Assembly (NCBI RefSeq): GCF_038025025.1
Contig: NW_027117347.1
Span: forward strand, 1,178,001 to 1,242,000
Length of the DNA stretch: 64,000 bases
Source of the DNA: Phyllosticta citribraziliensis
Lineage: Eukaryota
Reading direction: 5' to 3'
The notes under the pieces were generated by a model. The model was not told the origin of the DNA, did not search any database, and worked only from the letters and a program-made list of their open reading frames with translations. The translations under genes and the position numbers were made by a program. Of the stretch, positions 26,403 to 38,797 are shown in pieces (position 1 is the stretch's first letter; each line of letters starts with the position of its first letter).

Positions 26403-28746
26403 TCAGTAGATTGGCCTTCCCTCGTCCCAGTTCCTTTGCTGGCCCGTATCCTCTTTGATCAGTTGCTGGCTAGGACTGTCAACATATCCAACACCACTCA
26501 GCCTGTTACTCTCGTGAACGCTGCGTGCCAACGGCGTCGACTTGTCTTCAATGGCGGCCACGGCACCAATCCACTCCCATACGCGGCTGACGTCGCCGCT
26601 CCTGCTCTCCCGCACGCTGGGCCGAACATTGGAATTCTGCTCCACCTTGTGCTGAACCCTTTCCCACACCTTCGCTCTTCTATTGGTCGAGAATTCGTCC
26701 CTGAGGACATCATCACGAAGCTGCGCCATGGAGATGAAACTCTCTGGAAAGGCGTGAGGGTCCTGCGCATGCAGCGCTGCCTGCACAGCTAGTTTGTCCA
26801 AGGCAATTTTGGCCAGCGTCTTGGCCTTATCTTCCGTCGTGCGCCTGTAGCGTATCGAGGATGTGACGTAAACGTAGGCGCCAAAGGCCATGACGGTGCT
26901 CATAAGCTTCCAAAGATGTCTGACCAGCGCGAGTCGGACGGATCGTCGGGCGGCGCAGGCGAGTGACATTCGGGCGAGGCTTGTGGAGACGAGTATGCGT
27001 CTTCCAGTGTCTCTGTTGGATGGACGACGCCGTATCTGATTAGTCAAGGCCGTCATTCAGTAGATGATCGTAGATAACTTAGGAGACAAAGGGGAACTCC
27101 ACTTACCCGTCCACCTTGCTTTCGATCTCATCCCGGCCAGTAATTTCTCCAATCGCGCTAGCCCAGAGGTCATCGAATTCACCTTGAGACATTCCACGGC
27201 GGCGTTTCGTGGCCATCTCAAGCCTGAGCTCTGCCTCATTGATTTCGGGGCCTGGTGCATGCTTTCCAGTGTCGTCCACGAGATCTCCACACTCAAACTT
27301 GGCATTCCTTTCCCGCAGTTCCTCAACAGCACGATCGGCCACAGCCTTGACTTTGCGAGCTTTCTCGCCATCTGGCTCGCAGGTAGGAGCCAGTGGCACC
27401 AGGCCATTGAAAGAGAGTGGATGTGGTCTGAGCACAAAGTCCGGATCGCAAGTGGTGTGGAGTTTCGGGTAGCAGTAGGCGTGCTGAGGACAAGGCTCAC
27501 ATTGTGGCTGAAGAACTTCCAGCGGCTGCGCCCATTCGGGGATCTCCAAGCCGGCAATGGAGGTTGACGGTCGGCCGACTCCGCAGTAACCAACTTCAAG
27601 CTTCTCTTGTCTCCACCAAGTCGCAAACCCTCCAAGAAGTGCCACAAGAATTGCCCACGGGGCAGTCTTTAGTGCCGCTGGCGTTTGTCGGGCGACCTTG
27701 TTCCGCCGCGGAGGAAGGATGTCCACTTGCCCATTCTTTGCGCGTTCCCGAACTAACTCGAGCTGTTCTTCTGGAGTGAACTCTTCGCCAGTGTCGCCAT
27801 CCTCGACTTGGGCTCCTGCTTCGCTTTCGCTTTCCTGCTCCGGCACGGGGCTTGGCTCCTTCTTCCGCCTGAGTCTCGGAGCTTCAAACGTGCTTGAAGA
27901 AGGCACGGTAACATCCTCTTCCTGGTGGACATTGGCATAGTCCGTTTTGCGCCTGCTTGACGATTTGCGTCTCTCTTTGCCATCCGCGCCAAGCGACCTC
28001 CTTCGATCCCGATCAGATGCCCTTGGCTCTGGTGAGCCACTCTGAAATGGATTGTCCTGAGTGAAAGGGCTGCTATGGTCTTCCTCGTATTGTACTTGAG
28101 GGGTGTTGGCCGTGGATGGACGTGATCGTCTCGGAGGCGGCGGCTGTTCATCAAACTCGTACTCTTGGGCCCGAGCATGTTTGGTCGAAGTGCGCTTGGA
28201 CGTCAAACGCTGTTGTTGCTCTCGCGGGACGGGTGTGAGGTCTAAGTCCGGTTCGACAGATGCTGTCGTGCGTCGGGTGTTTCTGCGCGCGACACTCGGG
28301 GTGACGGATGGCGCCTCGCTCTCCTCAGTCTCTGCCCTGGCTGTTCGTCTTGTGGTGCGGCGAGTGGCATTGGAATAGTACGACGACGCTTCGCTTTCGG
28401 CTGTTGGTTCCCTTGTAGAGCGGCGTGTACTACGACGAACGCTCTCCGGTGGACGCAACGAAGGAACCTCACTCCCGTCACTCTCTTCCCCAGCTACGCT
28501 ACCAGCTACACTGTTTTCTCTGCTTGAGGGAACATCAACGATGCCGCGAGCGGAGCGCTTGGTCTGGGAGCGCGCTGCCAGTTGCTGTTGAGCTTGGGGC
28601 AGCACGTATTCGTTGAAGAGCGCAACCAGCTCTGGCTTCTTCGCAGAAGACGAGTATCTAACGTTGTGCTGGATGAGTATCGAGCGCAAGCGCGGCGCAG
28701 TGACGGAGTTGGGATTGAAGCCCGGGAGAAGATGTTCTTCGTCCAT
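26403..28746 (-). CDS. SRC1: Inner nuclear membrane LEM/HeH-MSC protein Src1/Heh1
   Basis: N-terminal HeH motif (PGFNPNSVTAPRLRSILIQHNVRYSSSAKKPELVALF), TM segment, CEPCPQHAYCYP, C-terminal winged-helix VWEWIG; intron ~27012-27107. Confidence 0.9.
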
Positions 28747-30923
28747 GTTGTGCCGATAGGCTGCAGTGGCAAACGACGTCAGTGACCAGGTGAGAGGTAA
28801 GGGCAGCAGGTCGGAAGTGGCGGAGAGGCTCTGCGGAGGAGGTGAGTGGAGGAGGGTCGCGATGCAGAATCCCGGTAGGCGTTGACACGTTGGTGCATCG
28901 GCTTTGTGGGAGTGACGGGACGATGGGTGCGGTCATGGCAAAAGGCACTGGTAAACATGGCCGCAGCTTCTTAGCGTCTTGGCGCCAGCCTGCCAGGCAA
29001 CGAGCACGTGAGCGCTTACTAAGCCGGGAACTTCCTGCCCGGGCCCCGTCTCTGTGCTGGTGCTTTCCAGTCTCTGCTCCTGTCTTGCGCAACATCTCTA
29101 CATCTTACAGCTTGCCTGCGATAGACATAACCTAGGCTGCGACAGCCACCGGACTGTCTTGATTCCACCAACACGGCCTCCTGCACACGGCACAGTGCGA
29201 ACGATTGCTAGCAAACCCAAGCTGCCCCATGGTTTGCTTGGGCCTTGGCTGCAGGAGCCAACTTCTTTTCACCCTGTCTTTGGCCCCGTCCGGCACCAAT
29301 CATAGATGCTTTGTACTTTTCCTGTCAAGTCTTTCGATAACAGAAAGTTTCCACATACGAGTTGTTTGACCATCTTTCGACAAGACAATTATCCGCCTGG
29401 TAATCTTCGATCAAATCCCTGCACTTTCCTCGGCAGTCGAATACATATGTCTTTTCTTGGGTCTCTGATCGATCCGTCACATCCTTTACTCCTTGTTTGG
29501 AGACATCATTTTTGCCTTTGCGAAAGCACTCCCTGAAAGAAGGCCATCTTCGACCAATTTGATTGGCCGAGCACACGGCAGGCTCCAGCGACCGGTCAAT
29601 CAGCAATGAGGCGGCTGGTAAAGGCAAACATGTCGACATGCGAATTGCACGGCGGTGGCTACAGAGCATGTGGGTGGGCTTGGCTCGCGTGAAACATGGA
29701 AAGAGCATACGGAAGACGAAGCCGACGGGCGCTAAAGCATCTGACGTGAAGCAGGAAGTATGAGGCGGGTCAGCGCCACGTTCAGGGACATGAGCTGGGG
29801 ATGACTGGGTGAGTCCCCGACCATGACGGACAAGACCCGCGTGCGTTCCCTGCTCGACGGGCCGTTGCCGACGACAAATTGCCATGGCTGAAAATAATGA
29901 AAAATCACATCTGAACCACTGTCGCAGAAGCAGACGGCTATGGCCGCTTCTCCAGGGGCCGTTGGGCAGACACGAAAAAGGCGCAGAGCCCAACACAGGC
30001 GACGTTTCAACAAGGACCAGCAACGGTAGGCAGATGGTCGAGGTGTTTGCCCAGGACAAGCATGGGATCGACGGCAGTCAGCGCCCAGCGCCAGGCGGAG
30101 GCGAGGATAGGCATGAGGGCAGACCGGTGGTGGTGGGCAAGCAGGCAGACAGACAGACAGCAAAGCCACAATGCGCTGCAGGCAGTCTGACAGCGGCGAT
30201 GGAGGGAGCGATTACCAGTGGCTGACGGACCCGCGGCCCGTTTCAAGTCATGGGTCTCTGTAAGGTTGTACTCGAGGGACCGACGATTTCAAACCATGTC
30301 GGTTGGCGGGGATTGAGGGGCGTCGACTCGAGGGGGCTGGGCTGACGACAGCTACATTACCGAGTGGATGACACAGACCGAGGAGCTGAGCAGTAGATAG
30401 ATATAGCAGACTGACCAGAGGGTTCCCTTGATGCAGGCGGACGTCATATGATCCCAAAGAGAAGCTCGCAGAACTGGGAAGCTGCCGGTGCCCAAGCAGC
30501 TCCCGCCGCCTAACTCTCTGCTCTCGCCCTCTCCCGCTCGCCACTCCCGTCGCTCCCGTCCGAACCTCTCTTCATCTCGCAGCCTGGTGCAGCCAGTTTG
30601 CAGATTTCTTTTTTCCCTTCCTCTACATTTTGTCGCGTCGAGGCACGCAACGCAACCCGACAGCGATCGGCACCACCTCAGGTTGCCTCGCATTCCTCAT
30701 CCTCCCCTCCCCCGCGAGCATCCACCCGCCTGCCCGCCGCCCCCGTCCAACCATCATCGCGCCCGCTCGGCAATCCTCTCCACGGGCCTGGCTGGACCTC
30801 TCTATCTGCTACACTACTTCCCGTTGACTGCTACCACCACCATCTGCCATCTCCATCTTCTGGACTCACCTCGACCTTTAACCTCGACCACCACTGCTGC
30901 CTTGGACTCCGCACTTGGTCGTC

Positions 30924-33745
30924 ATGTCAATCCTCTACAAGGAGCGCGAACGCGAGCGCGATTGGGACGTGGGCTCCCACAGCTCGCGCCGGCCTGGTTC
31001 CACCGTGATTCGACGGTACAAGGCACCCGACAGATCTTCTTGGCACGACGAAGTTGATGTCGAGGAGACGAGAATAGTCACCAGAGACCGCGACTCGTCA
31101 CCTGCCGTCATTCGAAGATATGTCGACGACGACCGTGACGTGGCTGAAGTGCGCGAGTACCGCTACGTTGGTGAAGAAGAACCTGGCTCTCCTCGTCACG
31201 AGTATCGCATCTCCGTCGAACGCGAGCGTTCACCTTCACCTCAGAGGGTCCGCCACTACACCATCGAGCGCGAGGTCGACGACTCAAAGGAACCCTATGC
31301 GCTTGAGAAGTATTCCAAGTCAACTGAGTTCTTCTCCCGTCCGGATCCCCCGCCGCAGCCAATCGTCATTCGTCAAGCTAATCCGCAACCCATCATAGTA
31401 CAAGAGGCTCCGAAACGGCAGCAGATTATTCTGAGGCGCGAGGAGCCTCAGTACGAAATCATCGAGCGTTCAGAGGTCGACGACCGCCTGCGCCGTGATG
31501 ATGATTATTACTACGAGCGGAGAACTCGCAGGCGCCGTGACGACGATGAAGACGATGACGATCGTGGACGCCGGCGTGGACCACGTTCCCCATCGCCTGA
31601 CCGCGACTGGTACAGCGACGATGATTACGAGTACGTCAGGAGGTCTGGTTCCTCTGATCGCAAAAAGGGCAAGCATCATCGTCGGCACATCGCCGAGGGT
31701 CTTGTGGCTGGCGTTGGCGCATCCGAGCTGCTCAGGCATCATCGTCGGAAGCAAGGCGAGAATCCCGGCCCTCACCTGAGGCAAACACTGGGCTATGGTG
31801 CCTTGGGCGCCGTTGGTGCCGAGGCCCTGAACAGAGCAAAGAGTCGCATGGGTGCATCCCGTTCCAGGTCTCGTGAAGGTCATCGCCACAAGCACAGATC
31901 TAAATCCAGGGGGAGAAAGATGGCCGGAGTCGCTGCCCTCGCAGCTCTTGGCGCAGTTGCTTATGCTGCAAGCCGTAACAACAAAAATCAAAATCCCGAG
32001 GCTGTCATGGAGCGCGCCAGCAGATCAAGGCGACGTCGGCACTCCGTCGCTGAAGGTGTTTCGGAGGAGGAGTTCAGCATGTCCGAGTCTCCGGAAAGGT
32101 CATCCAGTCGTCAAAGGGACCCTGAACATCGCAAACGCCGCGTGGCCCAAGCTGGCCTGGCCACTGCTGCAGTTGCTGGTCTCGTCGACCGCGTCCGAAG
32201 CAGATCCCGGAGTCGAAAGGGCAAGAAGTCACGGAGTCGGAGCCGAGTCCGCACAGGCGCTCCTATCGCTGCCGCCGGTTTGGGCGGGGCAGCATTGGCA
32301 GGCCTCTATGAAAAGAGCAGGGCAAAGAAGGAAGATGTCGAAATGGCAAGGGCAAGATCAAGGTCGAGGTCAAGATCTAGATCCAGGTCGGTACCCTCAG
32401 GATCTCGAAGAGCGTCCGCGAGTGACCCAGCTCTTGTAGTATACGGTGGTGATCCCATCTACCCCGAGCCCGGTGCCAGGAGCCGTCGTCGTCGCTCTGG
32501 AAGTCTTGGTTTTCAAGATGACCCTGCCGACCACCGAGGCAGACGTCCATCTTCTCCTGGTTCCGACTCGGATCGAGGCCGTCGACACGGATCCAAAAAG
32601 AATCGCAGTCGAAGTCGATCCAAAGCAGTCGCAGAGGCCGCCGCGCTCGCTGGAGTGGCTGGTGTGGCCGCGCACGAGGCCGCAAAGAGGAGAGAGCGCA
32701 AGAAAGCAGAGAAAGAGAAGAGGCGTAAGGACTCGCTCTTCTAGCATTTTTAGATGCCCAAACTAACATTGCGACAGACAAAGAGGACAGATACAGCCCG
32801 GAACGCTATGGATCTCCCTACGCCGATGGCTACCCTGCAGATCCCAACTACCCTGGCGGTGGATATCCTCAAGCCGCAGGCCCGTACTATCCAGAGACCA
32901 ACGCGTTTCCGCCTCCGCCTGGTGCCATGTACGAGGCACAGCACGCCGCACCAGCTCCTTACAATCCAGCCGACTATGGCCCCGATTATGGCGAGGGTCC
33001 TGCGCCACCGCTCGTTCCCCCAGAAGCGCAGTATCAAGCAGAAGCGCCGTACTTCCCTCCCCCTCCGCGCGAGGCCGCACCTGAACCGGAACCAGAACAG
33101 CTCTACACAGATCCGCGATACATTCGCGGAGATGACAATGTGAGTGCTCCGCCCGTTCCTGAGCACGTTTATCCCGGTGGGTCAACCGCTAGAGGGGTTG
33201 CTGGATGAGTCCACGTTCAGGAAGCTGACGAGTCCTCGCATGCAGATGGTATAAACCCGGAGTTCAGGCCTTCCTCTGCACCACCCCCGTCAAAATCACC
33301 CGGCAAAACAGTCCAATTCGACTTACCGGAACCCACCGACACTCCAGGAAGTGAGAGACCTGATCCGAATGACTTTGTCGACGACGAATTTGCGGAGCCC
33401 TATGAAGATTTGCGAAGCCGTCGCCGGCCTAGACGACCACCACGAGACTTTGACTCCTTTGATGATCCTCTACTTGACCGACCACCATCTCGTCAGGATC
33501 GGCGGCGTCAAAAACGTCGCTCTGCTTCCATGTCCTCAATCGACTCGGGTGAAACGATAGACCTACCTCCTCGCTTTGATCGCACCGGGCACCCTGTTCC
33601 TCAGCGAGGCGAGGATCCGCTGGCAGACAAGTTTGAAGACTTTTTGACCGGACGCAATACTGCGGGCAAGCTGTTCCAAAAATTCACTGGCGACTTTCTG
33701 GGCAAACAGGGAGGCGACTCACCACGAGACCGACCCAGGAGGTGA
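30924..33745 (+). CDS. DUF3824-like Arg/Ser-rich low-complexity protein (3+ exons)
   Basis: Repeated RSRSRSR plus AAAGLGGAALAGLYE helices; PIVIRQ..PIIVQE; introns 32725-32777 and 33177-33245 keep frame to DLPPRFD..EDPLADK. Confidence 0.7.
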
Positions 33746-34808
33746 ACCAAGCTTGGCATTGGACGAGATTTCCTTTTCACAACATCAAACATGGCGTTCT
33801 TTCCCTTTCTTTTCCAAATATCCTTACCGATCCAATTCTGCGGCAGGCTCATACGCGTCAAACATGGTTTATAGACGAAGGTCACGATGACGGCTCCCAT
33901 TATTTCCTTTCTTCTTGCTTGTTCACATTTCCCACATTCCAGATTAATGGCACAACGGCAGTAGTGGCGGCCAAGGCGGATCCCGTGGAGTTGGAATTGG
34001 ACAAGAGGCGGTGCTTTACAACCTACCCAAACTTGCTTCTTCCAAGACTTTCTCTTGCCCCTTCACCTAGCTTGCTTACACATTAAGACCAACCATATTC
34101 ACAATGAATGAAGACCATCAAACTACCCATTCACATGTACATATCACACGTACCCCGCGTGATTGAAAGGCGCATGAACTTGGTTGCAAGCACCCTGCTC
34201 AATGCATGCACTGCACATTTCACGAACTAGCAGCGACTTGCTTGCATGAGCCGCGTTCCTAGCGCTCTGCATGTAGACGCTTAGAGTTGCCAATGTGGTC
34301 ATCAAGTTCCCCTCAATCGATCTTAATGGCTCAATCTTTCATCCTCTCCTGCCACTGTGACTGGTGAATGTGGACATGTGCATATCTGATGGTTTGTGGC
34401 AAATAAATGGCGTGAAAGTAGTAGCATTATCCAAAGATGGGCGAATCGTGACGCCGCCTGCCCGCCTGCCTGCCTCCCTTCCTGTCTACGAATGTACGCC
34501 TCTAGGACTGACTAACTGACTGAGAGATTGATGCGGCGCGTGAAGAATGAACCCGAGACGCGGGTAAAAACCAAACAAACCAAACGCGGACGCGAGAATA
34601 TGGACAGGGGATTAATGTGAGCGGGTGATGATGCGGCCTCCCCGGGCGGAGTCCATGGCCGCCCCCTGATTCAATCCGCTTCCCCTCATTCCCCCTGACC
34701 GCGCGCCTTTCACATGCCGTGCCCGCAGTATCCAACAATCGGCCCTACAACAGCAGTTCTAACGCTCTCCAAACCAAGACCGGCTCTCTCGTACATACAC
34801 GCGCAACT

Positions 34809-35965
34809 CTATTCGGCGTCTCCAAAAAACTTACCCATGGCCTTCTGGGCGACCTCGACGCCCAGGAACGTGGCCGCGTTGGCCGGCACGGCACGACACA
34901 TGGCAGGGCCCATGCCGGGGAAGAAGGCGCGCGCGCCGCCCGTCTTCCACAGCTGCCGCACGACGCCGCCGACGGTGGGGTTGCCCTCTGCGCTCTGCAG
35001 GCGGCTCTTGACCGTGTCGACGGGGAAGACGGGGATCCACATGGCGACGCCGGCGGCGCCGCCGGCGGCCATGACGGCCGTCAGGCTCAGCTGGCCGGGC
35101 GAGCCGTCGGCGTTCTTGGGCGTGAGCCGCCGCTTGATGACCTCGTACGTTGCGAAGTAGGCGGCGGAGCCGGGCCCGTCGCGCGCCAGCGTCATGCCGC
35201 TGCCGCGGAAGACGGAGCGCACGCCGCCCTCGCGGTACAGGTGGCGCACGACGTCGAGGCCGCCGCTGTACTTGGGCTTCTCGCCCGGCGCCAGCGTCTT
35301 TTGGCCTTGGATCTGCAGCAGCACCTTGACGCGCTCAAAGGGCGCCGTGATGAGCGTCATGGGGATGGCGCTGAAGAAGCCGGCGCTGCTGATTTGCGCC
35401 ACGCTGAATTGGTTGTTTTCGACGGTGCTGAACGACGACACGAGTTGCTTGCCTACGTCGTAGCCCCAGAAGGACACGGCGACTGTGGGCAAGGGGTTGT
35501 GTTAGTGCCGTGCGTGGTGTTGGATGAATCCGCGTTGCGGTTTACTTACACATGGGTGTGACGCCGACCAGAGGCGCGGATACGCCTGCGTACAGACCCT
35601 GCAGATGGCGCGTTAGCCCCTTGATTGATATGACATTTTTCCCTCCTGTTCGCCAACGACCCTTCTCTTTTCCACGTTCAAAATTCACGTACCCTGGCCA
35701 ACCCTTCGCGCGCAATGGTCCTGCGCACCACGTCCATGGCCCCGGTGTACACGCCCTTCTCGGCCGTCTGCAACCGCACTTTTACTAGGTCAAAGGGGTG
35801 TCCGACGACGACGGCGCAGATTCCGCCGACGGCTCCTGCCGCCAGCGCGCGCAGCGACTGCAGACTCGACTTGGACGCGTCGACGACATCTTTCTTGAGC
35901 TCGTCGGCCGAGGGAATGTGCTCGGCGACACCTTTGGGGATGTGGGATTCGGGCGAGGGAGCCAT
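34809..35965 (-). CDS. CRC1: Mitochondrial carnitine/acylcarnitine carrier
   Basis: Three carrier signatures PFDLVKVRLQ, PFERVKVLLQ, PVDTVKSRLQ; RDGPGSAAYF; RAVPANAATFLG; two introns flanking a ~50-nt exon. Confidence 0.93.
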
Positions 35966-37306
35966 GGCGGCGTCTAAGATGCGAAGAGGCGGTCGTTCGG
36001 GAGGAAGGAGGGTCGCCGGGAGGAGAGAAGAGAGGCGGAGGGAGGAGAGAGAATGGGTCGGGAGAAGGGAGGAGAGCTGAGCGCGGGGTCTTGGCCGGAC
36101 TTTGCAGCTGATACGGGCTTCTGGATGCTTGTGCTATGCCTCTAGGGCGCCGTCGGTCGAGGGTAGGATGGATAAAGGTGGGAAGAGGTAAAAGAACAGT
36201 CGGTAGTAACAGACAAATGTACAAAGAACAACAAGTGGCGTTGAAAAGTGTGACAAGATGGTTTTTGGCGTGAGCAGCGGGGTGTGGAGGAGCAAGTGTG
36301 GGGAAGACTGGAGAAAGTATGAAGCTGTGCCAGTGGATGAAGGGAATGGAGCACCAAAGAATATTCGGGGTTGCGGCTCTTTTGATTGACAGAGGGAGTA
36401 GGGCTTGGCTCGGGCTGAAGGGCAATGTATTGAGGTACTCAGGTCATGCTATGGGACTGACATGTTGTTTGTGATGGCCATGCGCCCGAAGATGCCGAGG
36501 TCCAGCTGCCCCGGATTCGTCGTCGCCTCCTATTGGCTGGAGTCACCGCGGGCCCGCGGCCTCGACGGCTGCGGCCGAGGGCGGACTCCAACTCCCTCGA
36601 CGCCTTGGCCTGTCATCCTCCTCCACCGTTTGTTTCGGACTATCCATCCGCATGACAGCTGCAGCTACCCGTCGCTCCTCTGGCCCTCGTCACCTTTCGC
36701 ATTTGGACCATCCAACATGACCAGCTCCAAAGCCGTATCGCGTCCTTTGCCGCTGCAAACTCCGTCCGTTTGTCCCAGGAGCTCAGGCCAAGCTCCAAGG
36801 GACAAACCCCTCCGGTCGTATAGAGAGCACTTTCACATGCTCAGGCTTTCAATAAACTCCATCCTGCAGCGTGCAGGTGGAACCCGCTTACGGCCCTGTG
36901 ACGTCATTGAATACTCTCACGATGAACGTTCAACAACGCTCAATAAACATCCAGGCTGGAAACAACTGACGTGGCATCCGTCGAAGCAACATTGATCACC
37001 ATCATACACTCAAAATCCAGAGGAACATGGAATCAAACCACCTTCATTATCTGCCTGATGAATCTCGACTACCAAATAATTTTTAGCGACGAGAGCGAAC
37101 TAAGGATACAGCGAGCCATCTATAATACATGCTTCATTTTCACCGTTGTCTGCGAGCTTCACATCCCAAGACCTGCCTGGTTCATCATATTCCTATAATA
37201 CATTGGATTAAGAAAGACAAAAAACGATGACGAGAGCGGTGTATGAAACTGCGCTGGAAAAAACACAAGCACCTCGTTCAGGTGCTGACTTCAGTGCGCG
37301 CCAGTT

Positions 37307-38797
37307 TTAGTTATCTCGCTCCTGAGACTCGGCCAAGTCGAGGCGCTGGCGAGCCTGCTGACGATCAAGAGACAACCGGTTGCGAATGTTGTCGCGGTCC
37401 TCAGCAAGAACACTTGGAGAGTCGTCACGCTTCTCAGGCTCTGGACGGCGTCGAGACGAATCCTCGCTCTCTCTTTGCTGGCGAAACAATGCGAGACGCT
37501 CACGGGCTTGCTGACGATCAAGGTCGAGGCGCGAACGAAGGTCGTCACCCACGGTAGGTTTCTCCTCATCCTCACTACCCTCTTCCTCCTCATCCTCCTG
37601 TGGAGACGGATCACGCTTCTCGGGCCGGCGACGCTCGTCATTGAGTCTGTCCGCACCCTGTCGGTCTTGCTGCAGACGCTGCTCAAATCGCTGCCGGGCT
37701 TGCTCACGATCAAGGTCCAAACGCGAACGAGCGTCCTCAATGCCCGGGGACGGGTTTTGCGCCTCAGCCTCAGCATCGCGTTTCTCGGGACGGCGACGCT
37801 CCTCGTTGAGCCTGTCCGCGCCCTGCCGGTCTTGCTGCAGCCGCTGCTCAAACCGCTGCCGAGCTTGCTCACGATCAAGGTCCAAACGCGAACGAGCATC
37901 CTCGATACCCGGAGGCGGGCTTTGCGCCTCAGCCTCCGCCTCAGCATCACGTTTCTCAGGACGGCGGCGCTCCCCGTTCAGCCTGTCCGCGCCCTCGCGG
38001 TCTTGCTGCAGTCGCTGCTCGAATCGCTGCCGGGCCTGCTCGCGATCGAGATCCAACCTCTGGCGCGAATCTTCAATACCCGGGGGAGGCTGCGCCTCAG
38101 CATCGCGCTTCTCAGGACGACGACGCTCCTCATCGAGACGGTCCGCACGCTCGCGATCCTGCTGCAAGCGTTGTTCGAATCTCTGGCGAGCTTGCTCGCG
38201 GTCAAGATCCAATCTCTGGCGCGAATCCTCAATACCTGGTGGTGTTTGCGCCTCGGCATCCCTCTTTTCAGGGCGGCGACGCTCTTCGTTAAGCCTATCC
38301 GCACGCTCGCGGTCCTGCTGCAGACGAAGTTCGAACTGTTGTCTGGCCTGCTCGCGCTCGAGGTCGTGTCGCGCACGGGCATCCTCGATTGGAGGAGGGG
38401 GATCGCGCTTCTCGGGACGATGGTGAAGCTCATCAATACGGCGGCGATCTTCCTGCAGGCGTTCATTGAAGCGCTGATCGGCTTCAATACGTTCGCGGTC
38501 CGACCTCGCGCGGGCGTCCTCGACGGATGGAGGAGGGCCGTCGGCATCGCGCTTTTCAGGGCGGCGATTCAATTCGTCAAAGCGAGAACGATCTTGCTGC
38601 AAGCGTTGGTTGAAGCGCTGGTCAGCCTGCTGGCGGTCCAAATCCAGCCTCTGACGAGCATCAGCGAGACCGCCTTGGGGGAGAGGGTCGGCATCGCGGC
38701 CAACGATGTTGGGACCAAGTTGGTTGTTGGCTACCGGGGCAGCATGGGTGATGGCGCCAATGGCCAAGAGGGCCATGATCATCTTAATGGACAACAT
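37307..38797 (-). CDS. Secreted Kex2-processed repeat protein (KEP), 9 related units
   Basis: Intronless 496-aa ORF; signal peptide MLSIKMIMALLAIGAITHA; 8 PEKR|D sites; DA/EA/xP dipeptide spacers. Confidence 0.88.
   Translation of the reverse strand: MLSIKMIMALLAIGAITHAAPVANNQLGPNIVGRDADPLPQGGLADARQRLDLDRQQADQRFNQRLQQDRSRFDELNRRPEKRDADGPPPSVEDARARSDRERIEADQRFNERLQEDRRRIDELHHRPEKRDPPPPIEDARARHDLEREQARQQFELRLQQDRERADRLNEERRRPEKRDAEAQTPPGIEDSRQRLDLDREQARQRFEQRLQQDRERADRLDEERRRPEKRDAEAQPPPGIEDSRQRLDLDREQARQRFEQRLQQDREGADRLNGERRRPEKRDAEAEAEAQSPPPGIEDARSRLDLDREQARQRFEQRLQQDRQGADRLNEERRRPEKRDAEAEAQNPSPGIEDARSRLDLDREQARQRFEQRLQQDRQGADRLNDERRRPEKRDPSPQEDEEEEGSEDEEKPTVGDDLRSRLDLDRQQARERLALFRQQRESEDSSRRRPEPEKRDDSPSVLAEDRDNIRNRLSLDRQQARQRLDLAESQERDN

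Noticed and set aside
37307..38797. KEP as a mating pheromone precursor or dikaritin RiPP precursor
   Set aside because: Units are ~45 aa and lack the WC..GQPC-type pheromone core and Tyr/Trp-containing short cores; no DUF3328 or tyrosinase gene seen nearby
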